A stretch of 59,869 nt of DNA, filler included, from Sphacelaria rigidula (Eukaryota): the NCBI GenBank assembly GCA_964200075.2. It is 8 parts of 8 records of this genome, joined end to end, with 100 filler letters (N's around TTAATTAATTAA, not from the genome) between each part and the next. Parts side by side here need not be neighbours in the genome. Positions count along the whole stretch, not along the records: positions 22,492 to 29,887 come from CAXNAA020015106.1; positions 29,988 to 37,383 come from CAXNAA020015107.1; 6 more parts are not named here. One strand, 5' to 3'. Below, one piece after another: positions 24,136-36,284 of the stretch. The notes beneath the pieces were generated by a model. That model was not told the origin of the DNA, made no database searches, and worked only from the letters and a program-made list of their open reading frames with translations. A program made the translations under genes and the position numbers. The first letter of the stretch is position 1. Every line of letters starts with the position of its first letter.

Positions 24136-25517
24136 CTGGCGGATTGGTTGGTTGATTTGTTAACACAGTAACGAAAAAAAAAAAAGCGTCGACCGCATTC
24201 AGAATAGCAAACGTTAACGTCAGAACATGATCGGCATGATGTACTTACCTGTGTTGCTGTAAATATATATATATATATATATATTCACATGCCGTGTACT
24301 GTACTATCCGTGCAAAATATTATCACCCGCAAGACATACAAAATACCCATGCAACAGCAAAATTCCGTTCAACATATATCTACGAAGTATATACACTAGG
24401 GGAGAAGAAAAGAAAAAAATGAAATGCGCAGATCTTTTTGCTATCTCATCATCAATCAACGGCCCCCCAGTGCGTGTGGTGATTGCTCGACATATAACCA
24501 AACTTCCTGCCTGCGAGAGACTTGGACACAAAAACAAACACGCTCACGCACCCTGGTGGGTCGTTAACAACTGCCTCCATGACCGTGTGTCGCTTTGTTT
24601 TGTTTTGTTTCGATACGACCACTTCTCCAGGAGACATTTATGCGACAGCGGTCTACCGCGAGATTTTTTTTTATCAGATTCCATTTCAGTCTAAATTCAC
24701 TTTGTTGGTACTCTACTCGCTCCATATCTTGTATACCCTCGACAATATATGGTCAAAAGATTCAGTAGACAATGAGAGTACTGGGTCAAGTATAGGTCTA
24801 ATGTAACTATTGTCGGCCGTCAATACTTTGTCCAGTACATCTTATGTCCATTGTATCTTTTGACCATGTATTGTCCAGGGTGTGATATCTTTGCCCTTCC
24901 CTCGGGTTTTTCTGAAGAGAGTGACTTCTGTTTTTTCATTGGTTCAGGGAATTAGGGTTAAGGTTAGGATTTGTTTCCGTACCTTAGGTGCGCCTTTTAT
25001 GACCACTGTTTGATTCAATTCGTAGCGCATCAGTGAATCTGCGACAATCGGCCAACCAACCAATTCAACCAATCCAACACACACTGGAGTACGTGATGAT
25101 GCCAGCCAGAACAAACAGCACATTTCTTTCATCATTTGTTCAAGACAAATCCCATTACGGTATGCTGCACGTGAACTCTTTACCGCTCGCCAGTGCTTGC
25201 CCCATACGGACAATAGTTACTCGTATACATACCATCAAGTGCAGGTACAGAACAAAAGGGGGGGGCGAAAACGCCTCCATCATAACGTTTCAACCGACAC
25301 TTGTTTGAAAGCAAAAAAAATGTAAAACGGGCATACACTTACAGTGAACACATACCCCCTCCCCCTTCCCCACCTCCCCCTGCCGAGCCTGGTCTGCAAA
25401 AACCCGGCGTGCTCCGCATCGGCCATACGACTACGGCGTGCAAAACCACGAGTAACCCCCCCACCCCCCCCCCTACCCCTGACTACGTGCAAGCGCCCCA
25501 TGAACACAAAAACTGAC

Positions 25518-25667
25518 CTGCTCCATCGTAGCAGTACTCAGGGGATCTAGCGCTTCGTCTTCGCCCTCCAAGACGCTGATTGTGTAGAAGCCTGTGGTGA
25601 GGTCTTGCTGCATGAGGCACACTCTTCTCTCGTCTGGGGAGATACTGAACGTGCTGAAACCCCGTGT
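25518..25667 (-). CDS. TolB-like/WD40-type beta-propeller protein, internal exon
   Basis: aacag|ACA...CAG|gtcagt, 150 nt, phase 0; TRGFSTFSISPDERRVCLMQQDLTTGFYTISVLEGEDEALDPLSTATMEQ. Confidence 0.7.
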
Positions 25668-27833
25668 CTGTTGTAAAATACAAAGGTCAAGAAGGTGAAA
25701 AAGGTAGAGGAATCATACATGGGGATGATTTCGTAGCGAATACAAATTATTTGCGCGAAGCGTGACTATGGCCGAGCGTTCAAGATTGGCACCCGGAACA
25801 CACTGAGGACCCGTTTATAATCAGCCGAAGAGCCAAAACATGGAGCATGTCCCGTTTCATTGTACTGCAGCACGAACACACTCACGTCCGCTCTCACATG
25901 CGCTGTACGTATCACTGTTCTGTGGTGTGTTTAGAACTTGCGAAGACGGCTTGGTCTCCGCTGAGATTGCTTGAGCTGCTTTATTGTTGTGTTCATTCCT
26001 CTGTAAAATATAGTACTAGTCGGGACGCAGTGCGGTCTACACACTTTACTCTCTGTTGGAAACTTCATGTTACCCAGACCCTTCACTCGCGCGATACTGA
26101 ATACGGCCGGGTAAAGACACACAAACAGCGCCGGTATACGCCGCTCGACCGGCTGGGCCAAATCCTGCGCTCCGATGAACGGAGCGACCCACAGCACAGT
26201 GCGGATATACTGCACGGCCACGGTACTGCTTGCACCTGTCGGCATGGTGGTTACTGTAGCTGGCATCGGCGCCAACGCTCGCGGCCAGGGAAAGACACAA
26301 CCAGCCAGACTAAGATGGGGACATACCGATACACGAGCATCGCAATGACCCACTGCGACGGCAATGTACCACTTGCTGTCTGCTTGTCTGCTTGCAGCTT
26401 CGTTTCTCTGCCCTTGTTTCTATCCGTCCCGGCACTACTTTTCACTGCTGTACTGTGGTATGTACCCTACAGGTGTGACTCGAGTCTGCGAGCCGATCAC
26501 GAGCATTTTTCAATGTCATAATTCACTACGAAGGTCTCATTTCATTGGCGCTAGATTCCGCCGATTCCTCACTGGAGGGCCTCTGATTGGTCGAATTTCA
26601 CATTTCACTACAAAAATATATTCATATGTATAGGCGTTGTGTCGTAAGAATGTAGAAAACGTGAAAAACGTGAAAAACGTGAAAAATGTAACAGAGCAAA
26701 TGAACGTAATGTAAAAAATGTAATGAATGTAAAAAATGCGCAGGCTGGTTCACGCTCATCACCCAAATTGTGTCATCAGCAAAATACCTTTCGCAGTACT
26801 TGGCCAATGGTCGCATACCGGTATCACACTTGACTGCCATGGACAGCTGCAGAGGGTGACATAGCCGAATTTGGATGTAAGGTCATGGTTTAAGGGCGAA
26901 AAGGTACTTCGATCAATCAGCGCGCTTCAAACTGTTCTGAAAAAAAATCGAATCCCAAGCGCAATTTTCACCCAATCTCCACATGCTTCAGGTTGTAGTA
27001 GCCATCAGCTCGGGAATCTAACGGAAAATACATAGTCGAAAACGGATATACAGGGTCGAATTATTTCCCAAACCATGGTGTTTGGAATATATGTGTTTAG
27101 CGTCGTCTAATTTACCGTAATGATTAGCGCGAAATAGACAGGAGGCCTCGTGACGGTTTCCTCGTATCTATTGTAGAAAAGCTCAGATCGCCCTCAAACA
27201 TCGCACTTCCGTAGGTATTGGTGCTCGGAATGCGAAAATTGAGTTGTTGACAATACATGATGTTTTCTCCGTCCTCTACCGGCTTCCGGGGGTCCGTCCC
27301 AGTGTGAAGACCCGCGGAAGGCCGTAAAGAACCTCTCAAACAAAAAAGAAAGCATGCGTCCAGGTATATTCCAAGGAACATATGTAAAAGTTCGGTTGAG
27401 AAACTCGAAAACTTCATATAGTCTTTCTCGCCTTGACCTTAAATATACCCGAAAAAACGTTTCCATAAAAAAACGAAGTAGTTAGGAGTTCGCCCATTCC
27501 GAGCTCACGCTATTGTACAAGCGCGCAAAACTTCCACGTCGCTTTTGGGAGCTAGCCCCTACACTCTGCACAAATATACTTCGGGTCATGACGCAACTTT
27601 CGATGGACGCGGTTTCCCAATCCTCAGCGTGTTTACCGTTTTTCAGGGGTCCGAGGGAATCCAAGTTTCCTCGAAAACTCTGGAACCCCCGAAAAACGGT
27701 GAAGAGTCAAGAAGTGAAGAGAAAAATCATGTATCGAAAAGTTGCGTAATGACCCACCGCAAACTTGTGCAAAAATTCAGTCTAACTCCTAAAAACGGCG
27801 TGAAGGTTTGGGGATGACTGTTCTTAGATTGAT

Positions 27834-28202
27834 AGATGTGTGTGTGAATTGTCATCCCATCTATACTGGACGCCAGTCTACACCTTTCGGCATATGTTGG
27901 ACGCGTCAGCCGGGGTCACACAGGAGGAACGCAACACAGAAGTTTTTTTCTCTTTTGTTTGTTTTAGTTCTCCACCTTCCTTCTGCGATGCTCGTCTTAT
28001 CTTTCCGTCGCGAGAGGAGGGGTTCAGCGGTCCGTTGCCCTCGTCGACCGTGAAGTCGAATTTTGTCTATCCACGACACACTAGCTCTCCACTGTTGGGC
28101 ACTGTGTAAGAAAACATCCCAGATCGTGTGACTGCACCGAGATTCGAACACATAACCCAACCGTCAGCAGGTTTCGAGATCATCAACTGAGCCACCGAGG
28201 CG
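27834..28202 (-). mobile_element. tRNA-derived SINE family B
   Basis: Minus strand: ggtggctcagttg ... tgttcgaatctcgg; collinear with 23690-24033. Confidence 0.8.
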
Positions 28203-28214
28203 AACGTACTATTA

Positions 28215-28910
28215 ATATCTCAAAACCCAACGGAAGAATAATATTCCGCCCTCAACGAAATTTGCCGCCCTGTTCTGCCTTTCTCCACTGCAGGGTCCTC
28301 CTCGAAGTTGACCTCTTATCGCTCCAATCTGTCCTCACCAGCGTCCACAGCCAACGCACCCGCCCATCCTCGTCATCCTCGTCAGTGTCCATGGTACCAC
28401 AAAGTTCTCGTCGTTGTTCGCAGTCAGCGTCTCCCTCTGCTTCCTTTCGTGTTGAACACTTCCTCCTTCGAGATACACTCTGGTTCTGGTCTACAGTTTC
28501 TCCTCAGAGAGGCTCAACAAGGATATCTGGATACCCTGGTTGAGCCTCTCTGAGGAGAGCCTGTAGACCAGAACCAGAGTGCATCACGAAGGGGGAAGTG
28601 TCCCACAAGAAAAGAAGCAGAGGGAGACGCTGACTACGAACAACGACGAGGACCATGTGTGACCACGGACACTGATGAGGATGGGCGCTACTGTCAATAT
28701 ATATATATGGTCAAAAGCTGTCATAGGTTAAAGATGTACTGCGTAGATTATACGCCTGTTGCAGCTATTGCGTTGGCCATGGACGCTGGTGAGGACAGAT
28801 GGGAGCGTCAGGAGGTCAACTTCGAGGAGGACCCTGCAGCGGAGAAGAGCAGAGCAGGGCGGCTGGTTTCGTTGAGGGCGGAATACTATTCTTCTGTCAG
28901 GTTGTGATAT
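28215..28910. repeat. ~700-bp foldback inverted repeat
   Basis: Arms 28215-28518 and 28539-28910 pair throughout; 20-nt centre; ~80-bp insertion at ~28689-28768 in the right arm. Confidence 0.9.
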
Positions 28911-31548
28911 AGTTGCTCTGTTGTGAAAACTCATACAGATGGTATCCCATGTTTTCGTGTGTAGACTACACCCGCCCTGTCTGTTGTGTTTCTATGACGA
29001 TGCTACTTGACTAGAACCCAAGGGATGACATAGTTCCTCGTTTTCCCTCCTCGTTGCCGTCGACTCTTCCTTCTTGTGTTATTCCTGTCTTTTTTTCGTC
29101 TTCTTGTCTCATGTTGTTCAGCCTCCGGTGCGCGGGCTCTGTAAAGGATATATTTCAACAGCACTCTAGACAGTAGATCTATTTCGGGATTGGTCTCTGT
29201 TTCATGTAACAGTTTCGATTACCTGCTTACTCGCTCTTACTACTCCGTGTAGACACAAGTACGTGGAAAGGTCGTCGGAGAGGTCGTACGCCGACACTTT
29301 TTAGCTTCCAGTAGGTGTTCCGTAGTTCAATCGGTCTTACAGGAATGTTTCGTAGTGCAGGTGCCCTTTTTGTGTGTAGGCATTTTGTTTCTCGTCTTCC
29401 GTTGCGGGCTGTTTGAGTGATGGGCACGGATGGCATGCTCCTTGCACTCTGTGACCACGGGTTCGAGAGATCGAGCTAATGTGACGGATGGAAAAAATAA
29501 TAAATAGAGGCGTGAACCAGCCTGTAAAACATGCAAAATTTTCAAACAGCGTAAGCAAGATGAAAATAAAGGTAACCAAGATGGGAAAGATAGAAAATAA
29601 AGCAAATATATTTAAAAAATGAGAAAAGGAGAAGGAAAAAAAATACGAATGAACGATAGGATAAGATGGGACAAGAGAAGACGAGACGAGACGAGACAAG
29701 CTTAGCTCAGCGAAGCCAAAATAAGATGAAGCAAGATGAACAAAATAACCGACGCATTGGATATGCTCAATATGACTGAGACACAAGCTCGCGTAAAGGT
29801 CATGATTTGGCGGCAACATTTCATGGTTAGGACAAATAATGATTCGTCAGGAAATTACTTGGTTTTAGTATACTAAGTTGGCTCGTGNNNNNNNNNNNNN
29901 NNNNNNNNNNNNNNNNNNNNNNNNNNNNNNNTTAATTAATTAANNNNNNNNNNNNNNNNNNNNNNNNNNNNNNNNNNNNNNNNNNNNGGGGGGCGTGTGG
30001 GGTTTGGCGGTGGTTGTGGGGCGGGGGGGGGGTGGGGGGTGGGCGGGGGGGGGGGGGGGGGGACAACTGAGCCTGCCTTTGAGAACATGGGGTTTGTTTC
30101 CTGGGTTCAAGGTCTGGGACGTGTCGAATTCCCCTAGCTAAAAACCCATGAAGTGTTCCGAGATTTAGGCGTCGGCACAAGCGTTACTGCCGCGCACAAC
30201 ATCAACTGTTGTGCCGGATACTGTCCGGCGCTGCAGATACGAGCAGGAATACAGTACTCGGGCGGAGACGTGAAAAGGGGATGGTGACAGGCAGTAAGGA
30301 TCGACGATGACACGCAGTCTCTCAAGCAGTACAGCTCGAGAGCCGGGAGATCGAAGCTGGGAGAGACGAGGAGGCCCGCTTAGATTGACCTCACAACTGT
30401 CGAAGAAGTCGATTTCACGGAGTCAAGCGAGCAGGGTCCCCTCTCCAGCTGTCCCCTCTCCGCCCACCTCCGGCAAACGAACTTGGGAAGAAACGGCCAA
30501 TTTGCGACTGACCTGGCGTTGGCTCGTGTAGATATAAACCGCCACACATGTAGCACAGAGTGTACAGTAGTTTCAGTTTAAGGTACAGTATAACGTCAAG
30601 ACAGACAAGGTTCCACACTCTGTACTCTCCATTATAGAGTGTTGCTCTGAAACCTGCCTGCCTTCACGGGACACTGGACTGTAAACTTGCACTACTGTTA
30701 GCTACTGTACGGCGGTTTGTACCTGCACGAGCCGACGCCCGCTTAGTCGCAAATTGGTCAAATATTCGAAATTCGTTTGCCGGAGGTGCGCAGAGAGGTG
30801 ACAGTTTCATGCTCGGTTGCCCCGAATATCACCCCACTATATTTTGATCCTTCCATCCTGGATTGTTGGAGGTGTCTCTATTAGGAGTAGGAACGGTGCT
30901 CCGTCTCGAAAGGGATGCGTGGTCAATGGTCACACAACTAAGGCAAGCAACAAATGAGTACGCCCCCCTCCTTCCCCCCTTCCCCCGCGAAACTATCTAG
31001 CCTGAGCAGCAGGTAAGGGGGCGGGAGGCGGGTGGTTGAGCACAGTCAACGCTGTTTGCTGACTTTTACGTGATATATTCACTGAGCTACGAATTGCATC
31101 AGTGAACTTCATTTGCCACCGAGAATCAAGTGCAAAAGCGAAATTTGGAGGCGATGCCCGCTACAGTTCTGACAGCTTTTTCAACTGAATAGTCACGAAG
31201 TCAACAAGTCACTTCTGACAACGTGTACTGCTGTGTGTAAATGACGCGGAAGCGGAAATTTTACGGTTGTGGTAGTTTGCGGAAGAGGAAAATGATTTGT
31301 CCATTCAACTGTAGTATTCGGATACACCAGGCACAGCTTGTCAGCCAGCCAGCTATTAATAGACGAAACACAGATTGCTGCGGTAACTGACGCCCAAAAA
31401 ATTGTTCCAGTAACGGGAGTGATTCAAGTAGCAAACTGAATAGAGGTTCAATTCAGTTCGCTGGAGTAGGTATGGGTTGATGTATCCAAACAAGTTATGC
31501 TACAAGGACGTTTTCTCGTTCCGAAAGCCGAGCAACCACTCCACTTAC

Positions 31549-31726
31549 CTCATCCATCGTGATGACATTTGGCTTAGCGTTCTGACACTTATTGCACGTG
31601 GTCCTCCGTTCCCAGTTCACATTACCACACGCATTGCACGTCCAGTCACCCTTCTTGAACAGCCCCTCGGGCCCCCTAAAGTCCCTTTCGCCCCCTCCGC
31701 CCCCTCGGCCGCGGCCACGGCCTCGA

Positions 31727-31770
<44 letters not shown>

Positions 31771-31986
31771 CGCAGGAGGTCGGCCAAGACTCGCATCGAG
31801 TTCGGCGATGCCCGCAATTGCTACTCCTCCTCCACCCCGGCCGCGTCCCCTGCCCCTACCCATTCCCATCGGGGGTGGGGCGGACGCGGCAGCTGCCGCA
31901 AGAGCGGGATCATAGGCGATTTCTGCATCGCTGCTTGGGCGGGCCGTGGCAACTGCGGATCCTGGCTCCTCTGCTGGGTCCATCTC
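31549..31986 (-). CDS. RGG-rich RanBP2-type zinc-finger RNA-binding protein (ZRANB2/TAF15-like), exon
   Basis: cgcag|GAG ATG...GAT GAG|gtaagt; GRGRG repeats then GLFKKGDWTCNACGNVNWERRTTCNKC (W-x-C-x2-C-x3-N-x6-C-x2-C). Confidence 0.85.
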
Positions 31987-33893
31987 CTGCGAAAAATGTT
32001 CACATGCAACTTCAAGTTTTTGTGTGTTTCCATCACTTTCACCATCGCCATGAAGTTTCCCACCGCTTTCAATTGTACCTCCAAATTTTCTTCAAGGAAT
32101 CGGGGTGAGCTAGCGGAGGAAGTCCTAATTTCCATCACAGGTAGTGTGGCGTTATGGGACTATGCCTTGTACGCTATGGTACACCTGCAGGACTGTTGAG
32201 AGAGAATGCCTGAAAGAACGCAGCCCATCCTCGCATGGACAGCTGCACAAGACAGTCAAGGCGACAAGTGGATACGACAACGTCGTGTGAGATGCCTACC
32301 AGACCATAGCTTCCTGAACGAACTCATCTTCTTTCAAGAGAACGCTGTGCAGCTGATGGATCGTCAGTCTCATATTGGATCTTTAAAGTTGCAGACTCCG
32401 CAGATACGGTATCCTCTGGAGTATGACGGTCGGAGCATTATTTATCGTTGCGTACACCAAGTGTATACTCGTAGAAGTACTTGTTCATTTCGATCAACTT
32501 TGATGCACGGTTGAGACGCAAGGATCCCGGCTTGCTGCACACCGACACCGCGCGTACTGTCAAGTGTGCCAGAGACTTTTTGTAGCAAAACCGTTCAGCA
32601 GCTTTCGTAGTAAACAATTGTAATCTATGGGGTTTACTGCCCCGCCGTACGATGAGCAAAACTAGCTCAGCCCAGTAGGCCCGTGTTCCCCACAACGCCA
32701 CCAACATTGAACGTGTTCTTTACTATTCTCTCGCGTAAGATTGTCAATGGACCACTCGGTTGTGTACCATTGCGCGTGAAGCTCTGCGCTCGCTAGTCAG
32801 CATTAGAATCTAACCGCGGTATCCTCTTCTGTACCTTCGGTACGTCCTCTTCAGCTTGCAGTGCGACCGGTTGGGCGCAGACAGGTAACTTGGTCTACTG
32901 TGTGTTGATTGTACCGTCTTCTACTGAGGGTCACTACACGCAATAAAGCTGATCGGCTGTAAATACCTGGAACACTGTAGCGCAGTGGTAGCAAATATAG
33001 CGATGCGTCGATGTTGCGCGCAAGGGACAAGCCGTATACTGCGTGCAACAGACAGGTACACCCTGCACGCGCCAGCTCGAACGCGAACGTACATATTCGC
33101 GTGCCATTTTCTAATTTAGGTACTGCGGTCATGTTCTAATGCTTCGCTCGACGATCTTTGCTCGTGCGTGCTCTCGTAGCGTTTCCCCTCTGCTCCACAG
33201 GCAAACAAAATCATGCGCATGGGTTGAGCTTGGTGTCTCATTCTTGATAAGAAGCGCATCGACGACCCCTTACCGTATCGTGCCGACGCAGAAGGTATGC
33301 ATGGTTCTTGTCCAAGCAGCAGCACCCCGGATCCTTATTCCGTAACGGCTCACGAACGCGACGTCTCCTTGTCGTGAAACAAAGACCTCCGATATATGAT
33401 GCTGTGTGTGCGCCGCGATAGCCGCGCCGAAACCACCCCCAAAGCTGTCACGGAGGAAATGGCCACACAGCGCATGGTAGCTGGTATCAAACTGCGTAAA
33501 GCGCCTCATATCGGCGACATTGGCGCAAACGATTTCAAGTGTGGGAGTTCCCAGCTGTTCGGTCGCTCGGCTTTTTTTGTCATTTTGATTCGCGTGTAGA
33601 TTTTGCCTCCTCAAGCCAGCCACTTTTCTGGGGGGGGGAAGGGAGGGGAAGGGGGGGGTTATCGCGGCAACAGTCTACCGCTTGGTTGTACAATCTTGCA
33701 TCACAGTGCGGATTTTCTAGAGCAGAGGTGAACGATTTGGCGATTTGATCCCCTTGGCCTTGGCGCCACACTCGATCCTGCTGTAGGATTGTATACATCC
33801 ACGCCTCTTGGCTTTCGTGAGCCGCTCGTTGTGATCGATCACTCATCTCGTTGCACGGCGTCGCCATTGATCGGTATTTGAAGAACAGACAAA

Positions 33894-34055
33894 ATGACGA
33901 GCAAGGCGAAGAAAGCCAACACGACAGGTGGCGGCGGAGGCAGCAAGGGTAAAAAGGCACTTGGAAAGGCCGAGCGAGCCCCAACGGGGGGCGGTGCGAC
34001 TGTGCCGTTAGCTACGTTTGAAGATGAAGATATGTACCAGGAGCCCATCAAGAAG
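33894..34055 (+). CDS. DNAI1: Outer-arm dynein intermediate chain 1, exon 1
   Basis: ATG...EDEDMYQEPIKK|gt; basic N-terminus like Chlamydomonas IC78; in phase with exon 2. Confidence 0.75.
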
Positions 34056-34723
34056 GTCAAGAGTCGAGAGTTGAAATGCATCGCACACCGTAGCTCTCTC
34101 AAACACCGGGATGAGAGCGTTTTCCAAACGTGGTCCTATCATACTACAAGTGCGGGGCTTAACAAAAAAACATACAGTTATCCGCGGGAATTTTCTAAGA
34201 GCACACCCTGCGTCGTCTTCAGCAGCACTGTTGTACAGTACTGTGATTGTGGAGATAACAATCACGTTTGGAAGGCGTCTGCATTCCTGTTGTTCTCCGG
34301 GTACCACAAGCACGACGTCAGTCTGTGAGGTCCAAAAGTATGGGATCCACTCGTTGGTGCGGTCCAAATCCCTCTCACTTTCGCTGATATGGCAGATATC
34401 CTCTGCGGCGGCTGTTCTTATGAAGGGGGACAAGTGATGCGGTTGCAGTGACGTATTCCATAGCGTAGGAATTCCTCGTCGCTTCGTAAGCTTATGGAAA
34501 CGACTCGCTTCCAGACACGGTGATGCGTTTGTTGGTGATAAATTCGGCAGTTTACCCCTGGAGAAGGTTGTTACTACGGTCCTGCTATACTTGACTTGCG
34601 AGCCTTGAAGCGCTGGCACTAGATGGCGTAACTGGTATATCATGCTTTCCTAATCGTTGCCTATATACAAAATCACGCAGCGACTATGAAATAGTTTCTC
34701 TTGTCGTGGGCCCTTACGATTAG

Positions 34724-34811
34724 GTGGTTCGCCCGGCGAACCAATTGCAGCTGAGCGAGACCGAAATGAAGGAGGAGCACACGCGAGTCCTAACTGCAAA
34801 CGATCCAAACG
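34724..34811 (+). CDS. DNAI1: Outer-arm dynein intermediate chain 1, exon 2
   Basis: ttag|GTG...AAC G|gtaagt; VVRPANQLQLSETEMKEEHTRVLTANDPN resembles the IC78/DNAI1 V.P.NQL.L.E..L.EE....LTAN.P motif. Confidence 0.88.
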
Positions 34812-36081
34812 GTAAGTTTCTTTAGCATTGACTTGGAACGAAAAAATCAAGTCGCCACCAGAATGGGTGTTGTAATAATTGCGCGAGTCAGATGTCAACT
34901 TTCGGTTCATTCCTGCATTAGCATCTACAGTATACCAGGTATCACATCGCGATATCGATAGCCGGCTCTTAAGTGCTTCACCGCCAAAAGCAACTACCTA
35001 CACAGCGTGTACGACACAGCTAGTTGACAGCAGTATTCTGTACGTTGTTGGCGACATCTACCGTGTTGTCGAGTACCGAGTACACGTGAGAACAGAATGG
35101 TTGATTTCTCTAGCTCCCAGCCGCAGGTGGTTGATGTTCAAAGAACCTGAAGAAGCTTAGCGATTGTGGTGCATGCTTCATACAGATAATACCAGGGAAA
35201 ATCAGCCTATCCATATATTCGTAACTCACCATATATTCGCAACTCATTCACTGAAGATATACGATCTGAGCCAGCTTGAAGCATTTTTTGGCACTTGACT
35301 AGCATTGCACGGCCCGTTTTCAAGAGTTAGAAGCTGAATTGTTAACACAAGGTTAATTTAATCAAGACGCAAAAACGGACTGCGGTAGACAAAAGGAAAA
35401 TAATAAAAAAGGGGAAAAGAAAACCCATTAAAACCAGCTTGAGATTCTGACAACATATGAAATGTCGTAAGTCAACAAATATATATTTGCGTTCTTGGCT
35501 GCTGCCGTGTTTTTGTGCGTATTAATGTTTAGAACGTTCGTGAAAAATTGCGGTTCAAAAGTGCTCAACTTGGGCTGTGGGTTCCACTTTTTATGTGGCA
35601 CCGTTGCACTCGTTGTCTAGCTGATATAAGAGACTTCCACAAGGGCGTCACGTCACGAATTCGAATCCCGACAGACACATTCTTTTTCGCAGAATCTAGT
35701 TCCATCGTTGAAGTCATACATTATGCAATACACTTTCTATTTTGCGTTTAGCGGCAGAGCGTGCAACAATAGGTTGGTCCTACACTTCACAGCGATATAC
35801 TTGCTTCAGGTCCATTCGGTAACTGATCAAGAGACATGTGAGCATTTAGGCTGCGCGGCGGAAAATAGTCATGTGATCAGTAATTTGAGGTTCATATATC
35901 GTGCTACAAGTTGATGTCAGGTTGCTGGTACGGCAAATTGCTTTTTGTATATGGAAATAACTACAGCAGTGGGCGCGTATTTACTGCAAGGCAGCTACTC
36001 TTTAGCTATTGACGAACTGGTTTTACAAAGACCTGCTTTCCACCGTGTTGCACCGTTCCTCCCCGCATTTGTTCCTACAAG

Positions 36082-36284
36082 TGCCCAACAACATCAGCAA
36101 GTACAACTACAAGGACCGCATGTACAAGGTAGACCCACCAGGTCCAGGCGACCACTTGGCGATGCACTTGGCTATCGATGGTTGGGCGCTGTTCCGAGAA
36201 GGAGACGAAGCGAAGCTGCAAACGGCCGCCGAGGAGAAACGGAAGGCGATGGCGGACGAAGCCAGGAAGGCCGCTCAAAAGCAG
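36082..36284 (+). CDS. DNAI1: Outer-arm dynein intermediate chain 1, exon 3
   Basis: caag|TG CCC (phase 1)...CAG|gtgtga; PNNISKYNYKDRMYK...HLAIDGWALFREGDEAKLQ. Confidence 0.88.
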
